A stretch of DNA of 51,067 bases, the filler included, from Catajapyx aquilonaris (taxonomy: Eukaryota), in NCBI GenBank assembly GCA_000934665.2. It is 3 parts of 3 records of this genome, joined end to end, with 100 filler letters (N's around TTAATTAATTAA, not from the genome) between each part and the next. Parts side by side here need not be neighbours in the genome. Positions count along the whole stretch, not along the records: positions 34,154 to 51,067 come from JYFJ02007071.1; 2 more parts are not named here. One strand, given 5' to 3'. Under the pieces are notes generated by a model, which ran no database searches, had not been told where the DNA came from, and saw nothing but the letters and a program-made list of their open reading frames with translations. Shown here in pieces: positions 36,237-50,148 of this stretch. A program made the position numbers and the translations under genes. Position 1 is the first letter of the stretch. Each line of letters begins with the position of its first letter.

Positions 36237-39200
36237 TAGTACCGTATTACTGTATATGTACGCGTAGACCTGCTGCAGCCTAGTTCCTTGCAAAAGATGC
36301 CTTGTAACAAGATGTAACGCATTACCCTTAATTTTCAGGCAGCATTGAATAGCAGACCTAAAATATGTAATGTGAAACACATGTACTATAAATAAATCAT
36401 GCTCAAAGTATATGTCAAGTGACATTTCCACTTTCCTGGGCGCATGACTTGACCATTAGCCACAGCGAGATATTCATAAAAGTAGTGGAGCATGATTAGC
36501 GTACCATCATGCAACTCCTGTTCACCAACAGCGAGATGTTAGGAGATACCACCATGGCAAATTCCGACACGTTTTTGCTGCGAGGTCCTGCGACAGAAGC
36601 ATGTCGACAGGCAACATCCTCTGTACATCTACTGCACAAATGTGTCCTCAAAGGAGTCAACAAATTTGCTTCAGACTTCCAATAAAATTGCGCCTTCCAC
36701 ATAAGAGTACTGTATAACGATGCTGGTCAAAAATGTTATTTTTATTCAGTAATAGTTTTCGCAAGCATTTAAAACCAAACGTGCACATATTTAGTAACAT
36801 ATCCACAAGCCACTTTATAGTACAGAATCCATGTGCGTTATACAGTATTTCCTGACTATATTACAAGTATGAGCCAATCCCTTATTACCACACGTGCCGT
36901 GCATATAAGCTAATCCGCCGCGTGTTCCTCCTCGTAATTGGCTGTCGCACTAAAGGGAGAGAGAGGATATCTTCAAAGGGAAAAGAGCCTATGTAGTCGG
37001 TTTGTCGCCAGCAGTCATAATTTGGAGCCATATGGCTCTCCTTGGACGCAGTCGGGACTATTTTGACATGAGACTACCTTTAACACTCTGCAAATACCGT
37101 AAGTTACACTTGATGGGACTCGGGTGGAGTGCAGAACCGAGGATGAAGCACACTACTGAGGTTGGTTAGGACTATAGTGAGGGTGGAGGAAGGAATGGAA
37201 GTGGAAGGGAGTCAGGAAGGGATGTTGTTGGTGGAGGGGTTAGACTCATAAGATGAACAGTAGTGTTTCTTCACCCACACACTTGTAGTTAGGACGCGAA
37301 GATATATTTAGCTGCATTCATCCTAGAGGGAATTTACAGTAAGATTATTAAAAATTTAGCGCGGTTTTGGAAACAACTGGGCCATTATGAAATATTGCCA
37401 AATATTTCTATGTTTCATTTACACGCCTATGTCCGAACCACCGAGCAATGTTGACTGTACCATAAAAGAATTGGCCCATGCCAGGGCAACATAATATATT
37501 ATGCGTCCATATTATAACCCGATTCACTCTAATAATACTTCCACATTTTGCATGAACATTAAGGAGCCGACAGTCAGGATTATTTGAAAAATTTCCTTTC
37601 CAAAATCTCTGGAAATCTCTTGGGTCCAATAAGCAATATTCTTTCTTGTGTATATTTATAACTCAACAAATCGATAGTCATACACTTTATTATAGTGTCT
37701 TGGAATGAGTGACTGTCATGGATGAATGTACACCGCGCTTTAAAATTAAGCTTACAGTACGTTCATATCGGTTAAAATGCCTCGGACTAGCGATTGGTTG
37801 CAAGTTATTCAGTATTCTTCATCGTACATAAAAATGGCGTGTGCAGTGACCGATTAATCACACGGAGACTTCTTCATAATTGTGCTCTAAATGCGAAAAC
37901 GCTAATGACCAACAGCGCATGCGGCTGAAATAATACATATGAATGTAACTGATCATTTTGACACTTATGCAATACTGGACAATAGTCACAGCTCTCCCTT
38001 GCATTTTAAAGTTAAACAGTTCGCAATTTTTGAGGTCGAACACGGGGGGGAAAAAATGCATGACCTCTCATCAGGAGCGGTTAATGTCAGTTCCCTCGAC
38101 ATTCAATTGCACTCGTCATAATCCGACCGCCGAAACTCTGGGTAACAGTTCGCTCTGTGGGGGATGGTTTTGGGGGAGGATGGGGAGAGAGTATAGAGGA
38201 GAATTTCCCTCCCCACCTCTGAAACCGGGTTTGAGAGACAAATCAGATGCCCCCGAGCAAATCAGATTATCGCCAAATTTCTGCCAAGCGTCACAAAACT
38301 GGCGGCAATCTAATAACAGTTGGGCTATTATGAAGTATCCTGGATGTGCGCACAACACAAAAGCTGCATCATTATAGTCTCCGAATTTTCAGGCGAGGTT
38401 CGTTTTGGAGTGAAGCACACGTGGATACGACTCACCCGTTGATTTATTGTGTGTAATCTGGTTTCATATACTTCATTGTTACAAAGGATGAGTGGTATTA
38501 AGCGGTGATTTCGGCTCACTCTATGGACTCGTAAGCCCACCGAAAATGTTACTTTTTTTCAGGTCCCGGGGCCACCGTTCGATGGCGTCATTTGGGAAAT
38601 TATTGCTGGGGATTTTTTCTGCAAAATGATGAAGGAACAGTGCATGCGGTGTGAATAAGTTTTACAAAAATTTTAATTATCAATATATCTGACAGTGTGT
38701 TTCATAATTATTTCATATAGTCTCGGCACGGTGAGTTACAAAACCCCTCCTTAAGTTCGGAAATTCGTCGCATATTAGTTATTATACTGTATATTGAACC
38801 AAAATATAGGCAGCTGGCATTTTTATAACCGCCAAAAGTAACTGCTTAACAATGAGCAATGTATAGTTAAGTGTCAAAAATAGCCAACCATAACATACTT
38901 TTCAGTTGGAGCAGACTGGATTATTGAGCTGCAATGCTAAGTTAATTTTAAAAATTATTTTAACATTAAACATTTTAAGATAATTTTAATTAATTTTTAC
39001 TAATAGTACAACAGAACAGCTCACAATTGTAATAACCGTATAACACTATTCGAGCGTAGTGAAGTGACCGTTCTGACTCGGCCTTTTTTTAAAATATATT
39101 ACTCGGACATCAAACAGCTCAAAGGATTTCATCTTCATTCCAATCGGAACACAGAGTAGAGACCTATATACTGCTGCACGAATACTGGATTTGCATGGCT

Positions 39201-40360
39201 TGATTCACAGCAGCTCTTTGTACACTCTATTTATTATAAGTCGATGCAGCATTGTGCCAGGTACGAGCGAGGGTCCGTGAAGAGCTCGCACATAAAAAAG
39301 CTAATGATCGTAAATGACGTGGACTGGAGTACCTACTTACTGACACGTGACTTGGCCAGTTTCCCTTCATGGCTTCTATCAATGGCCCCCGTCGCCTACG
39401 AATATAATCACTTAGAATAGTGGTTTAACGAAGCATAAAGTCGCATTTGCGTATTAATAGCAGGCCACTTGGAAAGGGCGCCCTCGTAGTCAGATATTAC
39501 AAAGGTTCCCTTTGTAGGGAATACTAATTTAATTAACCTGATAGTCCCTGGTAATGAAGTTCTAATAGGCGTCCGTCTCAAAGGACTGCTTTTTTTCACC
39601 GTCTCTCTCTCTCCCTTCGAAGGTCTATTTTGCATGTCCATGATAAGCCTTCCATATTGTACAGTGTAGTAGTGCGGCTGAACATTACTATTCACTCTTC
39701 CCTAGCCACACCGGGGGTACTGGCATGCAGCTGGAAGCTGTACTCAAAATCAAGCAACAACGGGCTCCAACTTGGGCTCCTTCCAACAGAAGTTTTGCGG
39801 GAGTTCGGGACACAAAAAGGGTTAAACAAAGCGTTTCCGAACATGGGTTCCCCGAGTGAGGTGGCGCAAAATAATGACGACCTGTGGGTGTAAATAGGGT
39901 TTCCTGCGTATACTGCGCCCGTCCTCAAATACAATGTTCAACGTCTGATGCTGAGGAGAGAGTGTGCCCGACTCTATTCACGCAGACACAATGACCAAAA
40001 AAAAAAAACACATGTCTGGTAAAGTATAAAAAACGGAAAAATTAATTACTATAGGCTACCAGAAGCTTTTTTGATGTGCATGTTGACGTAAGCCAGAGCA
40101 GCGCATTCTTTCGTATACAGTATTTGACACGATTCGAGGATTTGAGTTTTATCCAGAAATATGTCACCGCATGTAAAATGTGTAATCTCATATGTGTTGT
40201 AATCTTATTTAATTATTGCGCGAGTTAATGAGAGGAGAAAAATTCCATTCGCAATGTAGTATAGTGATCAGTTTCTTTATCCCGCGCATCTACCAGTTTA
40301 TGTGCATTCTACAAAAGTAGAAGTAGAAATAGCTGGGTTGAGAACCATCGGTCGAGTGGG

Positions 40361-40769
40361 GCCCGTATATACTGTACTCAGTGTACTGTACGTGGTATAG
40401 GTATAAAGATAAACAAGAGCGGGAGTACTTGACTCAGATCCCGGAAGAGTACAGTATCTCGCCTTTCCTGGAAGAAATACATCGCCCACCTTCGAGTGGT
40501 ATCCCTGTCTCTCAAACCCATTCCATTGCGATGTACCATACCTAATACACAACGACCTTAAGCGATAGCTCCAAAACACTTATTCAAACTCGAATCTGAC
40601 CGCCATCTCCGAAGTCTCTTCACCCCAGCTGGAGGAGTCAACCCTGGTCGGGGAGCAGAGTTTACTCCGAGTCCAACTCGACCCCGTCACGTGGGGTTGA
40701 ACAGTGGGTTAACCCCCTTTTAACTTGGGAGTCAACCCCGACTTCAAAAATCCATTATGTATACGGGCC
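40361..40769. mobile_element. Possible PIF/Harbinger-like MITE
   Basis: ggcccgtata...tatacgggcc termini with scattered gagt/actc subterminal motifs; TSD not clean. Confidence 0.45.
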
Positions 40770-42813
40770 TCAAAAAGTCACCAGAATAATCTGGGTTTGA
40801 AGTTTTTTAAAAATTCACAATTGAAAGGCTCTGGGAAAATCCAAAGAGCCCTGTTTATACGCATAGTGATTTGCAGAATATCCCAGGCTATCTCTGCTTT
40901 CCCACTTAGGCAAATATTGACCCAGGATTTACCCCCTTCCTTCACTCACCTAGCATATTTTTTATTCCCACCCACTCTCACAACTTGAGTAAACCTGCCA
41001 AACTGACCGTGCGACACTTTCTGACACGCCGATTGTCAAAACGCCAAACGCCTATTACTCTCACCGGGATGACCTGATATTTTCTGCTACGGGGAGTATG
41101 CATTCCATGGCAATTACGCAAAGGGTATTAAAAATGCATGCAACAGCCTGTCACACACACTCGCTTTGGGTCATCCTGTTGCAAGTGCAGTTTTGGTGTT
41201 TTGGAAAAATTGTCAATATTCTGCCATTTTACTTCACCGTAGCGTCCATTCATAAAGATGGCAGAAGTGATGTTTTTATTATGCGTGTAGTTGTTCAGTC
41301 ACAGAAATATCATGCGTTTGAGTCCAACATGGATGTTCCATACTAGTAGACGACATCCTAAGTTTTCTAAAGAAGCTGGGAAAAGGATTTCCATAACCGT
41401 ACCTGACCTTCACTATTAGGCTATCGCTATACGTGTCACGGAAATGTGGCGTTTGTCTGGTTTTGGAATAAGATCATTTACATACATTAAACTGTATAAG
41501 TATACCTTATCAAAAATGGCGATTTCTACACCTTACAGCATAATGATATTCACTCACCATTGAAATGATCACCGGTTCACTAAACATTAAAATAAATTCT
41601 ACAAGCCATAATTAATGTTGAAGCGATCTCTCTCTTTCTCTCCATGATAACGTGCATCCCAATTTCAGAAAAGGTCAACTGTAATAACACTGTATCCGGC
41701 CCTTCCGCATGCATTGGCAAGTTGTGTACTTTCCAGCCATTGTATTCAGCCACAAGTCGGAAAGTTCTGCCACCGATACACGGCGATCACTAACGCGCAC
41801 GTAGTTACTACGACTTTGTCAGGCGTGACGACTAGCTAACGATATACGAACGGGTCAAATTATATCAAGTGGAAAAGTCAGGAGAGAAACATAGGGTAGT
41901 GAGGAAAAAAACATGCGTATACACTTTTCGCTACTACGACTAATGATCATTAGCTGAAAAGAAGATGACAAAGTTGAAAGAGCAGTGTTAATTGGCAATT
42001 AGCGGATTTCTGGTGAAGAAATGTTGCGCTCTAGACTAATACCTGCGCAACTGACGAGGGTTGAGGTTGGATGCGAGAGTTTAATTCGTTCATGACTTTT
42101 TCAAAAGAGCGGGTAAATACCGAATTCCGCTTACCACCTGTTTGCACAAGAATCTTAATTAGATCCTCGTCAGCATGTTCACAAATCTTTTGATCAGGCG
42201 TAGCAATGACTGCTGTCGCTGCCTTTGAAGAATGTCTCCGTTCAAGCGCTTATGCCCTATACTACAAGTGTTTGTGCTGCGAAGCATAACACAACAAAGG
42301 TTAACTCTAACAAGGTGCACCAAACACAAAAGTTAGCGCTTGCATGATTGGCGCCGCATGAGTGCAATGGTTAACATTGGTATATTATTCGCGAGAAAGA
42401 CACGAATTATTGCTTCAGTGATATCTATCCAGGACTCAAATTGGGACACGTTTCGAGTTTTAATAGTCCTCAGACTAACGGCTGAATCCTATAGGTTACA
42501 CCATTATTCCTCTCTACTTCTCCCTGCAGAATCAGGTAATTTATGCCCTTTTGATCGAACAATATACAAATCTGTATTATACCAAAAGGTCAAGTCCAAC
42601 TTTTTCAACTTCGTGTTAAAAGCTTTCGAGGCAGATAAACTGCTTCGCTTAGAAAAGTTCTCCATTAGGTCTTTTGGTGAGTTATGCTAACAGGTACAGT
42701 ATTGCCTTACAGTAATGTCCAATTAGCCCTATGGCATAACCGTACCATCGGCATACAGGTGCAATCCACTAGTTCAATTTCGTCTGGTTTGAGTTATTTA
42801 CGCCACTATAAAA

Positions 42814-43185
42814 CAAGGGAATGACCAAGGTCGGTCGCCTCCGATTTGGTTGAAACTCGCTTGAGGGGTCACTCATGTGCGATAGACACAGTGGTGAAGG
42901 TCCTAGATTCCACTGTCCATCCGTTTCCTGGATATGAGCGACAGAAACATTCGAATTTTGACCGCGCGTATACGTAGGGATATAGGGGCCTTGCCGGCCT
43001 TGCACTTGTCCCTTCCCGCCAGACACCTGTACGTGCGGCCAAAATTCGGATATTTTGTCGCTCATATCTCGGAAACGGCTGGACAGTGGCATCTAGGACT
43101 TTCACCAATGTGTCTATCGCACATGAGTGACCCCTCAAGTGAGTTTCAACCAAATGGTAGGCGACCGACCTTGGTCGTTCCCTTG
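42814..43185. mobile_element. Tc4-like foldback MITE (~150-bp arms)
   Basis: CAAGGGAATGACC...GGTCGTTCCCTTG|TAAgt. Confidence 0.82.
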
Positions 43186-46100
43186 TAAGTTGTCTGCTCT
43201 ATTTCCTAGGCCTAGGGTGAATTCCATTCAGTCTTAACGGGCCATAATGAGCCAGAAACCAGAATAATTTCTATCACTCGCATGTAAGCAAGTGCAAGGT
43301 CATATCTTTGCCTTCGATTATCTCAAAACTGATTTTGTGTATTTCACTTGTGTAGCTACAATATGTAACATAAAATCTTCCTTAAATCAATATGTTCCAT
43401 CAACGTATAATATACCTGTATGCCGTCACGTTGTAGTGCACATCAAATGATCAGATTCGAACTGACAACAAGATTCTCCCTCTCAGAGCCAGCCTAGATT
43501 TAATTTTGTGGGATGCACTGCCTCAATCCGTATCCAAGTATTTGTCCTCTCCTCCCCTATGTTTTCACAATATTAGTGGCAATGTCTCCAAAGAGTTTAT
43601 CGACCTTCCTTCCCCTCAAGAAATGGTGCTAGATCCGAAATCGTGACCAATTCGATCCGCATCCAATCGGTCGGAGTGACACAATAGACAGCTGAAAAAA
43701 AGCTCGGCAAGGAAATGCATCAGGTGGTTGCAACCGCCCTAAGGCTTCACCCTACCTCCTCCACCCTACCTTTTCCTTCGATCGCATTTCAATTTCCTTT
43801 TTCCTCGGCCTTTGTCGCTTCCCCCAATTTCCATTCAATTCCCATCTCCCCGATGGAGCCAAATTCAAATGCTTTGAGCGACAAATTCTGGTAGGGGGGG
43901 GGGGGGGGNNNGGGGGGGGGGGGGGGGGGGGAAGGACCCCACCTACTTTTTTTTGTAGCCCCCCCCCCCCTACGAATTACATAGGATTCACAAAGCCTCC
44001 CACCCCTTTAAAAAAAAGTACCACAGGACAAGCAGAATCAATCGACTTGGACTTAAACCCTTTTGCGTACGAATGACGACGGCGATGGAAAATCCGATAA
44101 AATAGAGGTCCTAGCAAGAGCCTAAAAAGCTTAGTCAATGTGCCCTGACTTGTCTGCACAAAACCTAGAGTAACGTGGGTTTTCAGCAGGGGGATGCTTT
44201 CAACTCCAACTCTAAATTGTTCTATACCTCCACACCTCCACACCTCCACACACCCACACCCACACACACACACTCTGCCAAGTCGTTTTAAGCCGACCCG
44301 ATTACTTGGGAGGATTTTCCTCAACCCCAGTTAAAAGCCACGTCAAAAGCATAATGTCCCTTCCACCCGCAGTCTCGCCAGTTACAAGTTGGGCTTTTTG
44401 GTTACATGTTTTTTAAAAAAAATGGCCGACCCCCTTTTCCAGCCAACACCGCCCTTTCCAGCAAAATCTAGGTTGTGGAATTAATCCAACGCGGATATTT
44501 GTGTAAGACAATTATCATAAATAACGGGCCTTTGCTTAGTGGGGGGAGATAATAACTTGGAAGCTCTCCACAGTCTCAGATAGGAGTGATTTACGGGATT
44601 AGATGCAGCTCAATGAGTAAAATGTCATTTTTTGCGACACTTATTTGTCACATGCAAGTATGCAAAGCGTGTCATTAATGAGGAAGTTTCTTTGATGGAA
44701 CGATGGTAGAGTAGACTGCACTTAAGGGTAAACACAGGAATTAATCGGGGGGAGCAGACAGATTAGTGCATTGGTGTCAAATGGGTGTAGAAACAGACTG
44801 TGTCCACTGAATAATAGCCTGACAAAAATTAGTAGCAGCATCAACGAAGATGCTGTCATCATCCTTGGTGACAGTGACGCTCTGTTTTGGCAGTTGACTC
44901 AGGTTTTTGAATGGCTTGTTGAAACATCCTGCACACGCATAAATTTCAGGCAAAATACTGTATTTCCACAATAATGCGCTGGTATTATGAGATTATAGCT
45001 CCATGTTTAGTCAATCCCTGATAAGGAGCAAATACCTCAACTCTGAAACCTGTACCATACTCTGTCCAAGGACTCTTGCACGTTAAGCCGATTTTCAGAA
45101 ACTAGCATAGTATACAAGATGGTGCAACTGCTATTTTTTATCAAAGAAATGTGGTTTCTCAACCGTGTAAGCTGTCGGCTTCAACTGGTCTCCTGATGAC
45201 GTATGTATGCAGACTTCCAGAAGTTGGCTAACCCCTCGTTCGATATACCCATCAAAGTAAGATGCACGCCAGGGGTTTCGGCTAAGTAGTAAAATAAATA
45301 CTGTATGATGAGGAATATTGATGCTCGCCTACTAGGCGGAAGTTGAGATGCGCATGTAGCATAGGTAAAAATGATTCTGCTTGCTATTGGCACTCTTATA
45401 TGTATACAAATGCAGGGGTATGCATAAACCGGTTCGGATCTGTTAATTAGGTTGGCCTTTTTGCCTTAGAACCGTAGTATTTGCATTATCCTTAGTCCTT
45501 ACCATAAATTTGACATCTTAAAATTTTTACTGTTAAAGAATCCGAGAAAGATATTTCAGATACGCTCGTAAATTCATATAGCTTCGAACCTACTAAATAA
45601 CCGGGAAGATATTAAAAGACATGATTTGGTAACTCTCCCTTTATTGGAATGGCGTGTTGAAATATTATGAAACGTGAACTACCCGTTAGATCCTATACTA
45701 GAAATAGGTTTAGCGTGTAACTAGACGTGATAACATGAAAATGAAAATCATGAATGCAAAATCCGCCATTAAATAATCAATTCCGCAAAAAACGATCCTC
45801 GACCTCCACCCCTCGCCCGCCCACGTCATTAATTCCATTACGACAACCCTGTATGATTATAGTCATGATCAGAAACACTTGTTATTATTGCAACCAGGAC
45901 CGGTTTAATCTCCCTGAAAAGTGCAATACCACGTGCCCGATAAAATAACACTGTACCTATACATCACTGAATCGGTACCAAAGATTGCATAGTTTCCGCT
46001 CTTTGTTTATTTTTAATATGACAGGAATGCCCCCCTCAAATCAAAGCATCCGAGATGATCCAGCAGCATCCCCAAGGTTATATCGGATAGTTTCTCTAAA

Positions 46101-49100
46101 ACTAACTGAAACGAAATTTTGCAAGGCGTTCCGTGTTATTATCTAATAGCAAAGGGAATCCTTGGGAAACGCGGCTACTGCAGTAAAAAAAAAACAAACA
46201 ATGCACTTCCGTGCAAGCCACAAAAGAGGCAGACTTTAATGAGATCTGCCTCAGATTAGGTTGTGATATCGGACTTCAAAATAGCAGACATGCTAACAGA
46301 TAGTTTCTTAGTAGAAAAGGTCTCCATTAGAGCTGGTTGGGAACGCTACTGTATATTCTGCGATCAGTCAAAAATCATGCAAGTCTGTTGTTTTCGCGTG
46401 TGTGTCAACTTCGAGAAAGAGACTGCCAGCCGTGCTTTTGGGGCCAAATTAAATTGAGGAGGGTATTTTCAACCGACCTTTACGATCCAATAAAGTTTAG
46501 AAAGCTTATTTCCGCCCTCTTATGACCAAAAATGTTAGTCTCTAAATTGCGCGTGTATGTCGATGCAAAACAACTTTCACTTTCTAAGAAAAATCGGCGT
46601 GTGTGAAGCACCATTCCCTGTAACTTTTTCAGTACATTTCTAAATTATTGGACTACTACCTGAAAAGTACGGTACTTTTACATAGTTAAAAATAATGGTT
46701 CCATTCAAACATAAACAAGTGATGCAGAGGTCACCTTAGCTGTGTTCCGAATGAGTTGTGCTAGTGTATGTTGATTGGACGTGTTTTAATTATTTAAAAA
46801 TTAATATCTGCATATCTGTTCAAATTAAATGAGCAAACGTGTGTGTTCATAAACGCGTACAGTATACTAGCAGCGTACTATTATCTCAGCAAGTCATCAC
46901 TCTAGCGAACTCTGATATCAAATGACACACTCAAAAGCGCTCATTTGATACCACCATCGCCTTTACACCCTAGGCCAAAAAAGCAAGCTCCCACATTCTG
47001 GCATGTACTCTCGATTTTACACGAGACAGAGCTCGAACAAAAAATCAATGTCAAAATGTGGGGAAGTAAGCTGACATAATATAACTTGTCCCATTACAAC
47101 CCCGACTCTAGTAAGGTCCCGGACTGTCTTCCGGATTGAACAATATGGCATATTGTTGTCTTGTGAAGCGTCTCATTTCCCGGCCCACTGCCCCATCCGA
47201 TCAAATGTCTCCCTCCGGGCTTCTATGCATCGGAGGGCCCTAAGCAGAATAAGGAAACACTCTGGATTTTCAACGTTCTACTATGCTGCATTGTATCAGG
47301 TGCAGCAGCAGTAGGCTTACTATCGACAAAGCCTTCCTCGGGTACGGTGCCAAAAGAGGGAGTACATTACACCTGCAGGTTTGCGCTTTATGACTGCAGC
47401 CAGAAATGGCGCAAAATAATTTCAACCCATCCCACTTAAAATAATTAACAGACAACGCCAGTTGGTATTGTTAAGACAGTCTTACTAAAAGATCATTCCT
47501 AAAATCACATTTATAGAATTCTTGATAACAATTATGCATATTTCATTTACAGTACTTTAATGTTAGCTAACTCCTTGCGCGGTTGTAGCACCACTTTAAC
47601 TGCGTTGGTCACGATCGAACTCGAGAGCCATTATTTAACAATTTCACGCATTATGTTGCCAAGTATTGAAAATCCACACCCGCAAACTGCGGCTACTGAC
47701 AAAGAGCTCCTGAGAGCTGCATAGAATTTTAATTTTTCAACTTCTGGATTTATGTGCCACAAAATTTGTTATAAATATCTGTCGTAGAATGGAAGGTTTG
47801 TTCAGTGTTTATGTTACAAATTTAGTGTAGTTCTTTGAGTGAACACAAACGGACGATCACGAAAACAACAAAATTCAATAATTTTAAAACTATTCCCTGA
47901 AATCAATAATTATTGGAAATGTAAACAAAAGTGATGTTTCATAAATGATAATGCCATCTACAGCAATGAAATGACATATCTGCACTGCTTCAATAAAGGC
48001 CTAATATACCTTTAAACTATCTGGAGACCTTTACGTCTCTGTCTTATACCGTAGGACAGGTTTTACAATACCCTGCAGAAATAGTCTTATGTGCAAGAAG
48101 CCTTCTTCCTTATCACCTGTATTTCAATATACTTATTCGAAAGAGTAACAAATGCACATTGACATAATGTAGGCCTACTGTAATGTCAAAAAATATATAT
48201 TTAGGTCAATGCAATGGTTGCCTGGAGCTATGCAACCATCATTACTCGAGCATGGTAAAAACTAGGAAAGACCTTGCTATAATGTTGGAGGAGGATAGTT
48301 CCACGTTTTGAACCTTTTTTTGGCAAATAGTAGACTTTCATCTCTACATCCCAGAGTAATGACAACTTCACTTAAATGAATGCATTTTCGGTACTTATTG
48401 TCTTCTAGTCAATAGGAAACATCACACGGCTGCGGCTGCTTAACTTCGGTCCAAGTTAATGGTCAGCGATTGGTCAAACAATGAAATCCCGAAACATCTC
48501 TATATTATTATATCAACTGTCTACCATGCCCTGAACATGTCGACATTCAACCCTGTCAGCAACCGACAAGTCGACAATCAATGTATTTGACAGTCAGTAC
48601 CGAAACTGACACTCTACTCCACGCCGATATCCAGCTTGTGCCAAAACTACCGCCCTCCACCCCCAAAATCCATGGCTGATGCCGATGTTTGAACCCGGCA
48701 CACACCATTCATCATTCTTTCGGGGCTGCCATGACAGCCAGCAATGCCCGATTTCCCTCGCATAAAACGCGTCTCCTCCGTTACCACTCCCTCCCCCACC
48801 TTCCCCCCCCCCCATAGGTCTCCGGTTTTGTGCCCTGACACATTAATGTGAGACCAGTGGTCCGGAAAACCTTAAGGAGGGAGCCGGATCAGCAGAAGCC
48901 ACCTGCAGATGCGGAAGCTACAACCAGGCTCGTTGTCCTTGCCAGAAGCCCACTGGGCCACCCATTACTGGGCCCCCAAAGCGCAATATTTCACCCACAT
49001 AACCGTATTTCAAGGGGAGGGAGGAGGGGAGAGTATAGGAGGAGTCACTTGGATTGGCCCTCCAGAAGAGAAATTTCAAGAATTCGTCGGAAAGGGCGCT

Positions 49101-50032
49101 CTCTGGCGAGAAAGGGGTGGGAAAAAGGAGGTGGGGCTCGATGGACCATCATTCCTTCTTCTCACCCTTGCAACCGTGCCCAACTCGGCTAATAGGGAGA
49201 AATGGGAAGGAAGGAAGGAAGGAGGAAGGTCAGGTTGAAGGGAATTAAGCCATGTTCCCACTGTGCAGGCAGCTCTCTTTCCGTGGGTCAGGCGTATCTA
49301 TATTCAGACTTCTTTACCGGTACTCACCTTCAACATTTGTTCACCACTACACAAACTATACTTCCTGGGCATTTCCCTGTATTGGTCGTATGAGACTCGA
49401 ATCATAATAAAATCGAACTTCTCGTGATTATGAGGTTATAGTTGGAGGAAGTCACCCAGCTCACTGCCTTGCTGGGACAAGGGAGTGGGAAGGTGCTTCC
49501 CCAGATTACTCAGGTGAACTCACCTGATCATAGCTGTTTAAACTGCTCAGGCACATGCCTAGACACGTGCTGCCTGAACAGTGGGAACAGTATAGCCTCT
49601 GTCGTCTCGAGTAGCATGCAAAAGGACGGCAGAAGAAGTTGCATGCTAACTCAAGGTCGGTTTTCAACCTATATTGGGTTGTACCAGAGGCAGGAAGTTG
49701 GGGAGATATTACCTGTATTGTTTTTAAAACCAAAATGATACGAAACACTAGCTAATTAAGCATAAAGAGGGTTTCTTAGATAATCTTTCAATCGCATTAA
49801 TCATTAAATGACATCAAAAACATGTCATAAGGATTATCTCAAGCCCCGGAGCTTACGAACTATTATAATCTCCCCCTCTGCCGCGCAGATAAACTATAGC
49901 ACTGTAAATAATCTCACAGCCGTGGTAATGGTCATCCACTGGATTATCATATTTGTGGAAAGAGGTCAAAACTAAATTCAGTCCCAATAACCTACCATAT
50001 TCATGAATTGTATAATAATGTGCGCTCCAAAA

Positions 50033-50148
50033 TCCTCCTCCCGCTGTACTACAGGCCTGTAGTACAGCAGGAGGAGGACTTGTACAGTTCAGACATTCTA
50101 GTAGTTCTACTAGAATGTCATAACTGTATCATACAAGTGTGATTGCAT
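50033..50148. repeat. Two adjacent palindromes
   Basis: tcctcct..gctgtactacagg|cctgtagtacagc.aggagga, then tacagtt..gacattctagtag-tt-ctactagaatgtc..aactgta. Confidence 0.85.
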
